Under the pieces are notes generated by a model, which did not search any database, had not been told where the DNA came from, and was given only the letters and a program-made list of their open reading frames with translations. From an uncultured Spirochaetota bacterium (GTDB lineage: Bacteria; Spirochaetota; Spirochaetia; SZUA-6; CAVTHK01): 64,000 nucleotides of DNA. The stretch is from assembly GCA_963734495.1 (NCBI GenBank), contig CAVTHK010000001.1, positions 672,001 through 736,000 of the forward strand, in the 5' to 3' direction. A program made the translations under genes and the position numbers. This document shows, one piece after another, positions 1 to 9,379 of this stretch; the stretch's first letter is position 1; every line of letters begins with the position of its first letter.

Positions 1-588
1 GGCAAGGTCCGGATCAAGGTGCACGTCGGCGACGAGCAGGACGAGAGCGTCCCGGGCGACGGCGGCGGCGAGGACGAGCTCGACGAGCGGCCGCCGATGC
101 AGAAGCAGGACCTCACGCCCGAAGGCGAGACCGAGCCCAAGATGCTCGAGTTCCTCCAGGGCGTCATCGAGCGCATGGGCTACGCCTGCAGGCTCACCCT
201 GAGCGGCCGCGAAAAGGACCGCATCGTGATCGATATCGCGAGCGAGGCGAGCGGCATGATCATCGGCCGCAAGGGCAAGAACCTCGACGCCCTGCAGGTG
301 CTCTGCAACGTGTACGCGGGCCGGATCGCCGGCCGCCACTACAAGGTCGTCCTCGATGCCGAGGACTACCGCAGCCGCCGCGAGCAGAGCCTGGTGCAGC
401 TCGCCAAGCGGACGGGCGAGCAGGTGCGCCGCACGCGGGGCTCGAAGCTGCTGGAGGCGATGAACCCCTTTGAGCGCCGCGTGATCCACACAACCCTCAG
501 CGGCATGAGGGACGTGGCGACCATCAGCGAAGGCGAGGGTCTGTACAAGAAGGTGCGGGTCTTCTACCGCGAGCCTGGCGAAGGCTGA
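1..588 (+). CDS. jag: RNA-binding protein Jag/EloR/KhpB (KH + R3H), 5' end outside window
   Basis: KH motif IIGRKGKNLDALQ; R3H motif MNPFERRVIHTTL; ending TISEGEGLYKKVRV; frame open from base 1. Confidence 0.93.
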   Translation, partial: GKVRIKVHVGDEQDESVPGDGGGEDELDERPPMQKQDLTPEGETEPKMLEFLQGVIERMGYACRLTLSGREKDRIVIDIASEASGMIIGRKGKNLDALQVLCNVYAGRIAGRHYKVVLDAEDYRSRREQSLVQLAKRTGEQVRRTRGSKLLEAMNPFERRVIHTTLSGMRDVATISEGEGLYKKVRVFYREPGEG

Positions 589-680
589 GCGCCCGGGCGG
601 GCAGGCGCCGGCGGGTCGTGGGCGCGACATGCGCCCCGCGCCGGACCGGCGCGGCCGGTCGGGCAAACTGGGAGGTTGCG

Positions 681-1178
681 ATGAGAACAAGAGTGATCTT
701 TGCCGTGGTCCTGGGGCTGCTCGCGAGCGCCGCGCTGCTTCCGGCCCAGTCCGGAGTAGGCCTCGGTCTCTTCGGGGGGATGACGCTGCCCCATGGGGAG
801 ACGACGGACATCCCGTCGAGCAACTGGGAGCCGGCCTTCAACTGGGGCTTTTTTGTCGACATTCCGCTGGTTCAGGCCTTCCACATTGCGACGTCCTCCG
901 AGCTCTACACCCTCGGCAGCGACGCGGCGACGGACATGGCGCTCTCCTTCAAGTTCATAGTCCCCCTGTCCAGCTTCGATCTCTACGCGGGCGTCGTTTC
1001 GGGTCTCACCGCCGTGGGCGACACCATCGCGCCGCACGTCGGCGTGCTCGTGGGCGGAGCCTGGATCCTCGTGAGCAACCTGGACGCCTTTGTTCAGGGC
1101 AAGTACAACGTCGTCCTGGACGGGAGCGAGAACATCCGCGTCCTTCACGTGAATGCAGGGGTGATCTTCCGCTTCTGA
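681..1178 (+). CDS. Putative outer-membrane beta-barrel protein
   Basis: GGAGG SD before ATG 681; signal peptide MRTRVIFAVVLGLLASAALLPA; amphipathic strands; C-terminal Phe (VIFRF). Confidence 0.7.
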   Translation: MRTRVIFAVVLGLLASAALLPAQSGVGLGLFGGMTLPHGETTDIPSSNWEPAFNWGFFVDIPLVQAFHIATSSELYTLGSDAATDMALSFKFIVPLSSFDLYAGVVSGLTAVGDTIAPHVGVLVGGAWILVSNLDAFVQGKYNVVLDGSENIRVLHVNAGVIFRF

Positions 1179-1239
1179 CGCGCGGCCAGGCCCGGCGAGG
1201 CGCGGAGGGCGATCCGCGCGGCTGCCCCCAGAATCCGCT

Positions 1240-2226
1240 CTACCAGAGCTGGTGCACGAGCGGCATGGCCCGTTTCTCGTACACGCGGCGAACGCCCTCC
1301 ATCTGCGCGGCTGTGAGCGGCGGGAGGTCGGAGGCTCGCACGTTGGCGGCCGCCTGCTCCACGCGGCTCGCGCCCGGGATGACGCAGCTGACCTCGGGGA
1401 ACATCAGGATCCAGCGCAGGGCGTATTCCGGCAGGCGATCCGCCCCCCGGAAGAGCGCCTTGAGCTCCTCCACCGCGGCAAGGCCCGTCTCGTAGTCCAC
1501 CCCCGAAAAGGTCTCGCCTTTGTCGAAGCGCTCGCCGTTGCGGTTGAATGCGCGGTGGTCGCTCGCCCCGAACTGCGAGTCCCGGGTGAGCCTGCCCGCG
1601 AGCAGCCCGCTCGCCAACGGCACGCGCACGATGATGCCGACGTTCTTCTGCTTCGCCCTCGGGAACAAGAGCTCCGCCGGCCTCTGGCGGAACATGTTGA
1701 AGATGACCTGGACGGTGGCGACGCCCGGGAACTCGATCGCCTTGAGCCCCTCCTCGATCTTCTCGACGCTGACGCCGTAGGCCCTTATCTTGCCCTCGGC
1801 CTTGAGCCTGTCGAGCGCCTCGAAGACCGCCGGGTTGTAGTAGACGGGCGTAGGCGGGCAGTGGAGCTGGATCAGGTCCAGAGCGTCGCAGCCAGTGTTG
1901 CGCAGGCTGTCTTCGACGAAGCCGCGTATGTTGTCCGGCGTGTACCCCTCGGCCTCGTGCGGGTTCAACCGCCGGCCGCACTTGGTGGCGAAGCGCACCT
2001 TGCCGCGGTAACCGCGCACGACCCGCCCGACGACGCGCTCGCTCATTCCTCCGCCGTAGACATCGGCGGTGTCCACGAACGTGACGCCGCTTTCGATCGC
2101 CTTGGCGAGCGTCTCCTCCGCCGTCTTCTCGTTGAAGGGCTCGCCCCACTTGCCCCCGATCTGCCAGGCGCCGAGCGAGATCTCGGACACTTCGTAGCCG
2201 GTCTTGCCGAGAATCCTGTACTTCAT
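1240..2226 (-). CDS. Aldo/keto reductase
   Basis: MKYRILGKTGYEVSEISLGAWQIGG, DTADVYG, ATKCG, DLIQLH; GGAG SD upstream of 2226. Confidence 0.92.
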   Translation of the reverse strand: MKYRILGKTGYEVSEISLGAWQIGGKWGEPFNEKTAEETLAKAIESGVTFVDTADVYGGGMSERVVGRVVRGYRGKVRFATKCGRRLNPHEAEGYTPDNIRGFVEDSLRNTGCDALDLIQLHCPPTPVYYNPAVFEALDRLKAEGKIRAYGVSVEKIEEGLKAIEFPGVATVQVIFNMFRQRPAELLFPRAKQKNVGIIVRVPLASGLLAGRLTRDSQFGASDHRAFNRNGERFDKGETFSGVDYETGLAAVEELKALFRGADRLPEYALRWILMFPEVSCVIPGASRVEQAAANVRASDLPPLTAAQMEGVRRVYEKRAMPLVHQLW

Positions 2227-2320
2227 CCCTGCTCCTCCCCTGAGCAGGCCCGCGGGCTCGCGGGCCCGATCCACCGTTGTCGCGAGACCACGGCGCGCGC
2301 CCTCGCGAGGCGCTCTGCCG

Positions 2321-3232
2321 TCAGGCCGGCTTCGGCGCTTCCGCGCTGACGCGGTCCAGGGCCGCGAGCTCCTCGGCGCCGAGGCGCGCGTCCGCGGCCG
2401 CCAGGTGCTCGCGCACCTGCTGCGGGCTCTTGGCGCCGACCAGCACGCACGACACCTCGGCGCGCGAGAGACACCAGGCGATCGCGAGCTGCACGAGCGA
2501 GAGGCCCCGCGCCGCCGCCACTTCGCCGGCACGGCCGGCAGCCGCGATGGTGCGGGCGAACAGCTCCCCCTGGAAGCGGGGAAAACGCGAGCGCTCGTCG
2601 TCCTCGGCAAACCTGTGGCCCGGCGCGTAGCGTCCCGTGAGCAGCCCCTTGGCGAGGGGGCTGTGGACCAGGACGCCGATGCCCGAGCGCGCGCAGAAGC
2701 CCAGGTCCTCGCTCTCTATGTCGCGGTCGAAGAGATTGTACCTGACCTGGTTGGACACGACGGGCGCGCAGCGCAGCGCCTCCGACATCTGCGGCGCCTT
2801 GTAGTTGGAAACCCCGATCCAGCGGATCTTCCCCTGCTCCTGGAGCCGCACCAGAGTCTCCATGGCCGCCTGGATCGAGAACTCGGGCTTGAAGCTGTGG
2901 ATCTGGTAGAGGTCGACCCGGTCGGTCCTGAGCGCCGCGAGGCTCGCCTCGAGCGCCGCGGAGATCCCGGCGGGCGAGTAGTCGAAGCTCGCCTTGGTCG
3001 CGAGGAAGCAGCGCTCGCGCCTCCCGCCCGAAAGCGCCTTGCCGATCAGCGCCTCGCTGCCGCGATAGGCCTGGGCCGTATCGACGAGCGTGATGCCCGC
3101 GTCGAGGGCGGCGTGCACCGTGGCGATTGCCGTGCGCTCGTCGACGCCGCCCATTCCGCCGCCGATGGGCCACGCGCCGAAGCCCAGCACCGGGACCTCC
3201 GGCCCCTTGTCCCCCAAACGCCTGGTACGCAA
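2321..3232 (-). CDS. Aldo/keto reductase
   Basis: LGFGAWPIGG, DTAQAY, DLYQIH, GKIRWIGVSN, HSPLAKGLL. Confidence 0.92.
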   Translation of the reverse strand: MRTRRLGDKGPEVPVLGFGAWPIGGGMGGVDERTAIATVHAALDAGITLVDTAQAYRGSEALIGKALSGGRRERCFLATKASFDYSPAGISAALEASLAALRTDRVDLYQIHSFKPEFSIQAAMETLVRLQEQGKIRWIGVSNYKAPQMSEALRCAPVVSNQVRYNLFDRDIESEDLGFCARSGIGVLVHSPLAKGLLTGRYAPGHRFAEDDERSRFPRFQGELFARTIAAAGRAGEVAAARGLSLVQLAIAWCLSRAEVSCVLVGAKSPQQVREHLAAADARLGAEELAALDRVSAEAPKPA

Positions 3233-3337
3233 CTCTCCCTCCGGCGAATCGAATGATAAGCAGCGGCATGGCCGGGGGCAAGAACGATCTTTCGAGGGGC
3301 CTTTCCAGCGGTCCGGTCCCCGGATATATCTTGAAGA

Positions 3338-3648
3338 ATGAAGGCATGCAAGCAGCCGACCATCGCCGCATCGGCCTGGGTCGCGGACACGGCGACCGTC
3401 CGTGCCGACGTGACGCTGTCGCCCGACGCGAGCGTCTGGTTCGGGGCCGTGCTGCGGGGCGATGAGGCGTCGATCCTTGTCGGATCGAGGAGCAACATCC
3501 AGGGATGCGGATCCCGCCGGGCATGCTCGCAGTCGGGGTCCCGGCCGTCATCCGGGGCCCCCTCACCGAAGAGCAGAAGCAGGCGATCATCAGGGGCCGC
3601 GACCACTACCTCGAGCGCAAGGAGCAGTACAGGCGCGGCGAGTACTGA
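3338..3648 (+). pseudogene. Gamma carbonic anhydrase family (YrdA/PaaY-like) gene with internal deletion and frameshift
   Basis: N-terminal ...ASVWFGAVLRGDEASILVGSRSNIQ is joined out of frame at about 3503 to C-terminal GMRIPPGMLAVGVPAVIRGPLTEEQKQAIIRGRDHYLERKEQYRRGEY*; the middle hexapeptide coils are absent. Confidence 0.7.
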
Positions 3649-3664
3649 TGCGCCCCGGCGGCGC

Positions 3665-4186
3665 TCAGCCGCCGAGGAGCGAGCGGATCCTCGCCGTGTC
3701 CAGATCCCCGGCCGCGCCCCACCCCGCTTTGCCGCGGGGGATGGCGGGCCGGAACTGCTCGTAGAGCCCGTAGGCCCGCTCCGCGAGCTCCTCGGGGGCA
3801 AAGGCGGCGGCAAGATCCTCCATCGCCGCCCTTGCCTCGGCGAGGCCGTCGCCGAACTTCGACGCCAGGTACGCGCGCACGCCCTCGGCCTCGACGCGCT
3901 TGTCCCTGACCACGGCGCGGACCCCGGCGGCCGTGCGCTTGACCGGGACGCTGCGGCCGAGAAGCGGCACCCACCCCTCCTCGCCGAGGCCCGCGCGCAG
4001 CGCCGGCTCGCCGTCCGGCCCGGTTGCAGGCTCGTAGATCCCGAGGGTGCGGCCCTTGGCCTGCGCGTTCAGTCCCGCCACGACCTTGCCGAGTGAAAGC
4101 GCCGCATCGGCGTCGTAGCCGAGCTTTTCCGCCACGACCGCGGCCCACAGCGTCATCACGGGAGCGCGGTTGATCTTGATGATCAT
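3665..4186 (-). CDS. Conserved hypothetical protein
   Basis: 173-aa ORF (INRAPVMTLWAAVVAE...YEQFRPAIP...GWGAAG) with host codon usage and an upstream TTGACA promoter. Confidence 0.8.
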   Translation of the reverse strand: MIIKINRAPVMTLWAAVVAEKLGYDADAALSLGKVVAGLNAQAKGRTLGIYEPATGPDGEPALRAGLGEEGWVPLLGRSVPVKRTAAGVRAVVRDKRVEAEGVRAYLASKFGDGLAEARAAMEDLAAAFAPEELAERAYGLYEQFRPAIPRGKAGWGAAGDLDTARIRSLLGG

Positions 4187-4240
4187 CGACTCGAGTGTTC
4201 TGCCTCGGGCGAGGCGCTGTCAACGCGACGCCCCGTAGGA

Positions 4241-4573
4241 TCAGCCGCGGCGATCTGGCCTCCGGGGCCGCAGGTAGCTCCTGAAGGCGCCGGGCGAGCG
4301 GTCCCCGAGGCCGGCCATCACGTGCTCGACGGCGGTGACGTACTGGTCGTAGCGGATCACGAGCCTGCGGTGCAGGGACATCTCGGCAACGACGCGGCGG
4401 GTTTTCGCCTCCGGAAGAAGCTCGAGGACATCGGCGCGGTCCCGGTCGCCCATATACATCATGGAAAGCGCGATCTCCCGATCGCCCAGCCGCATCAGGC
4501 AGTTCTGCGCGGCCACTGGCGGGAGGGAGCGGAGGGCCGCGACGAGGCGGTCGTTGGGTGACTGCGGCCTCAC
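4241..4573 (-). CDS. Hypothetical protein resembling a stand-alone FliG C-terminal domain
   Basis: Pattern LRSLPPVAAQNCLMRLGDREIALSM...VLELLPEAKTRRVVAEM resembles the FliG_C/MgtE-N helical repeat. Confidence 0.5.
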   Translation of the reverse strand: MRPQSPNDRLVAALRSLPPVAAQNCLMRLGDREIALSMMYMGDRDRADVLELLPEAKTRRVVAEMSLHRRLVIRYDQYVTAVEHVMAGLGDRSPGAFRSYLRPRRPDRRG

Positions 4574-4736
4574 GGCGCCAATCTACGACGACGGGACCGA
4601 CCGTGGCCAGGGCCGATCGCAGGACGCCCGGGCGAGGTTGACGAGACGGCGGCTTAGCGTGTATCCCCATTGCGGCCGCCCGGCCCCCGAAGGGGGCTTG
4701 GGACCTGGCGCAGACGCGAAGTCATAGGAGGAGAGC

Positions 4737-5504
4737 ATGTCAGTCAAGGCCCTCAAGCAGGGCAAGAGGATCGTCGGGACCATGATCCGCCTGGTCCGCA
4801 ACCCGGCGATCGCCCGTGTGGCCGCCCACGCCGGTCTGGACTTTGTCATGTTCGACATGGAGCACGGCTCGTACAGCCTCGACGTGCTTTCGGACATCTT
4901 CGCGGTCGCGCGCTCGGTCGGCCTCTCGGGCTTTGTCCGCGTGCCGGAGCTCAGCAAGGGCTACGTCTCGCGCGTGATGGACGCCGGCGCCGTGGGCGTG
5001 ATGGTGCCGATGCTCGAAAGCGTCGAGATGGCCCGCGCGTTCGTCGACTGGGCCAAGTACGCGCCGATCGGCAAGCGCGGGTTCGGCAGCGCGGCAGGCC
5101 ACACCAACTTTGCCGCCGCGACCGACGCCGTGGGCTTCATGAAAGCCGCCAACGAAGAGACGCTGACCATCGCGCAGATCGAGACTGCCCCGGCCGTGGA
5201 GCGGATCGACGCGATCGCGGCGGTCCCGGGCATCGACGCCGTGCTCATCGGGCCGAACGACCTCGCCATCTCCCTCGGGCACCCCGGCGACCTGATGAAC
5301 AAGGCGGTGACCACGGCGATCGCCAAGGTGGCCGAGGCCGCGCGCAAGCACGGCAAGATCTTCGGCATGCACGCCCCCGACCCTCTCACCGAGATGTTCA
5401 TCCCGCAGGGCCTGAGGCTGCTCATGAGCGGCCTGGATCACGGGATGCTGCTTGCGGGCATGAAGGCCGTGGCGACCAAGTGGGCCGAGCCCAAGGCGAA
5501 GTAA
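4737..5504 (+). CDS. HpcH/HpaI aldolase family protein
   Basis: DFVMFDMEHG, VMDAGAVGVMVP, KYAPIGKRG, QIET, IGPNDL; AGGAGG SD. Confidence 0.92.
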   Translation: MSVKALKQGKRIVGTMIRLVRNPAIARVAAHAGLDFVMFDMEHGSYSLDVLSDIFAVARSVGLSGFVRVPELSKGYVSRVMDAGAVGVMVPMLESVEMARAFVDWAKYAPIGKRGFGSAAGHTNFAAATDAVGFMKAANEETLTIAQIETAPAVERIDAIAAVPGIDAVLIGPNDLAISLGHPGDLMNKAVTTAIAKVAEAARKHGKIFGMHAPDPLTEMFIPQGLRLLMSGLDHGMLLAGMKAVATKWAEPKAK

Positions 5505-5517
5505 AGGAGCGAGCAGC

Positions 5518-6486
5518 GTGGCTTACAAGGTGCTGATACCGCAGGACATTGCGGAGGACGGCAAGAAGTTCCTCCGCGACAAGGGCTACCAGGTCAAGCT
5601 GGGCTCCGGGATCTCGCTGGAGCAGATCCTCGCCGACGTCGCGGACTGCGACGCGATCCTCGCGCGCACGGCCCAGTTCCCGCGCAAGGTCTTCGAGGCC
5701 GGCAGCAAGGTGCGCGTCATCGGCCGCCACGGCGTGGGCGTCGACAACATCGACGTCGCCGCGTGCACCGAGCTCGGCGTGTGGGTCACCTACGCGCCGG
5801 AGTCGAACTCGAGCTCGGTCGCCGAGCACACGGTCGGCCTGATCATAGCGGCCGCCCACAACCTCGTGCGCAGCGACCGCGAGTTCCGCTCCGGCAACTT
5901 CGAGATCCGCAACCAGGTCATGGGGGTCGACCTCGAAGGCAAGACCCTGGGCATCCTCGGCCTCGGCCGCATCGGGCGCATGGTGGCCCGCAAGTGCTCG
6001 GTCGGCCTCGGTATGAAGGTCATCGGCTACGACCCGTTCGTGACCGCGCTGCCCGATCTGCCCGAGGTGACGATCGTCAAGGAGTGGGAGCGCGTCTTCC
6101 GTGATTCGGACTTTGTCACGTTGCACCTGCCCTCGAGCAAGGAGACAAGGGGGATCGTCGGCGCGCGCGAGCTCGGCCTGATGAAGCCGACCGCCTACCT
6201 CGTCAACGCAGCGCGCGGCGAGCTCGTCCAGGAGGCGGAGCTCATCAAGGCCCTCAAGGCGAAGAAGATCGCAGGGGCCGCGCTCGACGTATTCGAAAAG
6301 GAGCCGCCGGGCAAGGACAACCCCCTCATGGGGCTCGACAACACCACGCTCTCGCCGCACAACGCGGCCCTCACCAAGGAGGCGGCGCTTCGCATGGCCC
6401 TGCATGCGGCCATGGGCATCGATGACGTGCTTTCGGGCAGAGCTCCCAAGTGGCCGGTCAACAAGCCGGCAAAGCCGCGGAAGTAG
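5518..6486 (+). CDS. D-isomer-specific 2-hydroxyacid dehydrogenase (SerA-like, no ACT domain)
   Basis: RHGVGVDNID, GLGRIG, VNAARG, ALDVFEKEP, SPHNA. Confidence 0.9.
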   Translation: MAYKVLIPQDIAEDGKKFLRDKGYQVKLGSGISLEQILADVADCDAILARTAQFPRKVFEAGSKVRVIGRHGVGVDNIDVAACTELGVWVTYAPESNSSSVAEHTVGLIIAAAHNLVRSDREFRSGNFEIRNQVMGVDLEGKTLGILGLGRIGRMVARKCSVGLGMKVIGYDPFVTALPDLPEVTIVKEWERVFRDSDFVTLHLPSSKETRGIVGARELGLMKPTAYLVNAARGELVQEAELIKALKAKKIAGAALDVFEKEPPGKDNPLMGLDNTTLSPHNAALTKEAALRMALHAAMGIDDVLSGRAPKWPVNKPAKPRK

Positions 6487-6511
6487 CGACGAGGCCGCGG
6501 GGCGGCGCGAG

Positions 6512-6539
6512 AAAGACGGCGGGGCGACCCGCCGTCTTT
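6512..6539. terminator. Bidirectional intrinsic terminator
   Basis: Perfect 12-bp stem AAAGACGGCGGG-GCGA-CCCGCCGTCTTT between convergent genes. Confidence 0.85.
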
Positions 6540-6541
6540 GT

Positions 6542-7600
6542 TTACGGGTACTGCGAGGGGTTGTCGAGCCCCGCGGTCTCGGGCAGGCCGAAGAGACGGT
6601 TCATGTTCTGGATCGCCGAGCCCGCCTGCCCCTTGACCAGGTTGTCGATGTAGGAGATGACGCGGAGGCGGTTCACGCGCTCGTCGACGTCGACGACCAG
6701 GTTGCAGCGGTTGGTCCCGCGGACGTGCATCGAGCCGACGCTCGCTGAGCGGTCGAGCACCCGCACGAAGGGCTGGCCCTTGTAATACTCGCGGTAGAGC
6801 TCGACGGCCTGCGCGCCGGTCATCCTGCCCTTGAGGTCCGCGTACAGCGAGGACATGATGCCGCGTGTCACAGGGACGACCTGCGCCGTGAACGTGACGG
6901 CCACGGGCTCGCCCGCGAGGATCCCGAGCTCGCGCTCGATCTCGCACACGTGCTGGTGGCCGGTGAGGCGATAGGCGTTCATCATGTCGTAGCGCGCGGG
7001 GTAGTGGAACGTGGGGCTCGGCTTCTTGCCCGCGCCCGACACGCCGGTCTTGCAGTCGCAGATGATGCTCTTGAAGTTGATGGCGCGCGCCTTGGCCGCC
7101 GGGGCCAGCCCGAGCAGGCAGCTCACCGCAAAGCAGCCCGGGTTGCCGACGATCATCCGCTCGCCGTTGATCTCGCTGCGGTGCAGCTCCGTGAGGCCGT
7201 AGACGGTCTTGGGCAGCAAGGCCGGCGACGCGTGGGACTGCTCGCGGCCGAGCCGCCGGGCGTACTCCGCGTAATCCGCCTCGGAGTTGAAGCGGAAGTC
7301 TCCGCTGTAGTCGACGACCTTGATCCCGGCGTCCAGGTACGCCGGAGCGAGGTTCATGCCCACCCGGTCGGGCGTCGCCAGGAGCACGACGTCGACCTCG
7401 GCCTGCGCCTTCGGATCCTTCGGATCGAGGAGCGGCATGTCGCAGTAGCCGGCGAGATGCGGGTACAGCCCGCTGATGGGCGTGCCCACGTCGGTCACGT
7501 CCACGAGCGCGGCGAGCTTTGCCTGCGGATGCCGCAGCAGGATCTCGATCGCGCCGACTCCGCCAAAGCCGCCGGCGCCGACCACCTTCACCTTTACCAT
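6542..7600 (-). CDS. argC: N-acetyl-gamma-glutamyl-phosphate reductase
   Basis: VVGAGGFGG, DYSGDFR, VGNPGCF (catalytic Cys), TGVSGAG, IDNLVKGQAG. Confidence 0.95.
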   Translation of the reverse strand: MVKVKVVGAGGFGGVGAIEILLRHPQAKLAALVDVTDVGTPISGLYPHLAGYCDMPLLDPKDPKAQAEVDVVLLATPDRVGMNLAPAYLDAGIKVVDYSGDFRFNSEADYAEYARRLGREQSHASPALLPKTVYGLTELHRSEINGERMIVGNPGCFAVSCLLGLAPAAKARAINFKSIICDCKTGVSGAGKKPSPTFHYPARYDMMNAYRLTGHQHVCEIERELGILAGEPVAVTFTAQVVPVTRGIMSSLYADLKGRMTGAQAVELYREYYKGQPFVRVLDRSASVGSMHVRGTNRCNLVVDVDERVNRLRVISYIDNLVKGQAGSAIQNMNRLFGLPETAGLDNPSQYP

Positions 7601-7608
7601 GGCGACGA

Positions 7609-7638
7609 AGTATGGTCGGCTGCCGACCGGCGTGTCAA
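7609..7638 (-). promoter_or_regulatory. Sigma70-type promoter of argC, probably leaderless
   Basis: TTGACA (7638-7633), 18 bp, CATACT (7614-7609), 8 nt, ATG; no SD. Confidence 0.6.
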
Positions 7639-7660
7639 TATTCGGCGGTGCTCCCCAGCG

Positions 7661-9214
7661 CTACTTGAGCGCCGGAAGCGGGAAGATGCCGCCCCCGAAT
7701 AGCGCCCAGGCGAGGGCGAGGGTCCAGACGACGTTCAGCGCCTGCGCCGCGAGGAACGCGAGCGCGGGCCTTCCGCCTTCCATCTTCACCAGGCCGACGA
7801 AGCGGGTCTCCAGTCCGATCGAGGCAAAGGCAAGCGCGAACCAGGCCGTGCGCAGGCCCGTAAGCAGGCCCTTGGTCTGGGCGACGATTTCGGGGCGGAC
7901 GACGAACGAGAAGAGCAGCGACACCGCGATAAAGCCGAGCACGAACTTGGGGAACCGGTCCCAGATGATGGCGAGCGACGGCCTGTGGCTGCCCTCGACT
8001 GCGGGCGCGGCGGCGGCTCGGCGCTTGGACACCGACCACCATATGGCCATCATGAAGGCCGCCACACCGATCAGGACGTTCTGCGAGAACTTGACGATGG
8101 TGCCGATCTTCATCGCCTTCTCGCTGATGAGCGAGCTCGCCGCCACGACCGAGCCGGTCGTGTCGAGGGTGCCGCCCATCCAGGCGCCCGCGACGAGCTC
8201 GGGGATTCCGAGGAGCCGGGCGACCCAGGGCATGATGATCATCATCGGGACGGCGACGATGAGCACGAGCGAGATGACATAGGAGAGCTTCTTCTTGTCG
8301 CCCTGAATGGCGCCGCAGGCGGCGATGGCGGCCGAGACGCCGCAGATCGCCACGGCCGACGAGAGCATCGCGGCGAACTCGTCGTCCACCTTGAGCTTGC
8401 GGGCGATCCAGAAGCAGGCGTACCAGACGACGACGACGACGAGGACGGCCTGAAGGATCCCCACGGCACCGGCCTGCAGGATGTCGGGAAAGAGGACGCT
8501 CGCGCCGAGGAGCACCAAGCCCGTCTTGATGTAGAACTCGGTGCGCACGGCTTCGCGCAGCCAGTCGGGCACGCCGAAGACGTTGCTGATCAGCAGCCCG
8601 ATGCCCAGCGCGAAGATGACGTACTCGAGGCCGAGATAGCTCACGAAGCTGTTCCCGGCGAGTAGCTGCGCGAGCCAGCTGATCGCGAAGACCACCGGGA
8701 ACCCGAGCAGGAACCGCCCCGCGTGGCCTCCGATCAGTGCGATCCCGATCGTGGCCGTGACGAGACAGGCCACGAGGAGAACCGCCGACAGCGAGAGGTT
8801 CTGCGGCGAGAACACCACTTCGATCCGGGTCTCGGCCGCGTCGCGCACTCGTTTGGACAGGTCGGCGAGCCCGGCGCGCAGGCGTGAGTCGCGCACCCGC
8901 TGCGCGATCGCGGCGAGGCGCGCGGCGAGCTTGCCGGCCCCGGCCCGGTCGTTCTTGACGAGGGCATCCTTGAGGTCGGTCGTGGTCGCAGCCGCGTCCT
9001 TTTCGGCGCGCGCCGCCGCCTCGCTCGCGAGGCGCCCGGCGTGGACAGCGGAGTCCTGGGCCGTCACCTGGAACTCGAGATCGGACAGCCACCTGAACCT
9101 GGGAAGCTGCCACTTGAGCCCGAACACCACGAGAGCAACGATCAACGCCCCCAGGACGACGGGGAGCCATTCCTCGTCGAGCCTGAACGGTTTCCTTCCT
9201 GCAGTGGTGGACAT
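7661..9214 (-). CDS. YeiH / putative sulfate exporter family membrane protein
   Basis: EFYIKTGLVLLGA, AICGVSAAIA, GAWMGGTLDTTGSV, KFSQNVLIG, FPKFVLGF; many TM helices. Confidence 0.88.
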   Translation of the reverse strand: MSTTAGRKPFRLDEEWLPVVLGALIVALVVFGLKWQLPRFRWLSDLEFQVTAQDSAVHAGRLASEAAARAEKDAAATTTDLKDALVKNDRAGAGKLAARLAAIAQRVRDSRLRAGLADLSKRVRDAAETRIEVVFSPQNLSLSAVLLVACLVTATIGIALIGGHAGRFLLGFPVVFAISWLAQLLAGNSFVSYLGLEYVIFALGIGLLISNVFGVPDWLREAVRTEFYIKTGLVLLGASVLFPDILQAGAVGILQAVLVVVVVWYACFWIARKLKVDDEFAAMLSSAVAICGVSAAIAACGAIQGDKKKLSYVISLVLIVAVPMMIIMPWVARLLGIPELVAGAWMGGTLDTTGSVVAASSLISEKAMKIGTIVKFSQNVLIGVAAFMMAIWWSVSKRRAAAAPAVEGSHRPSLAIIWDRFPKFVLGFIAVSLLFSFVVRPEIVAQTKGLLTGLRTAWFALAFASIGLETRFVGLVKMEGGRPALAFLAAQALNVVWTLALAWALFGGGIFPLPALK

Positions 9215-9379
9215 TTCTACCCCCTATGTTGTTGAGCCAATGGCAGACGCGCCGCGGCAGCATTCTTGTGTGCCTGCCGGGGCGCTGTCAACGGCTCGTC
9301 AAAGACTTAATACTCTCATAACAGCAGGTTCTTCGGCCGCATTCTGTGGGAAACAGCGAGCGCGCGCGACCTCTCTCGA

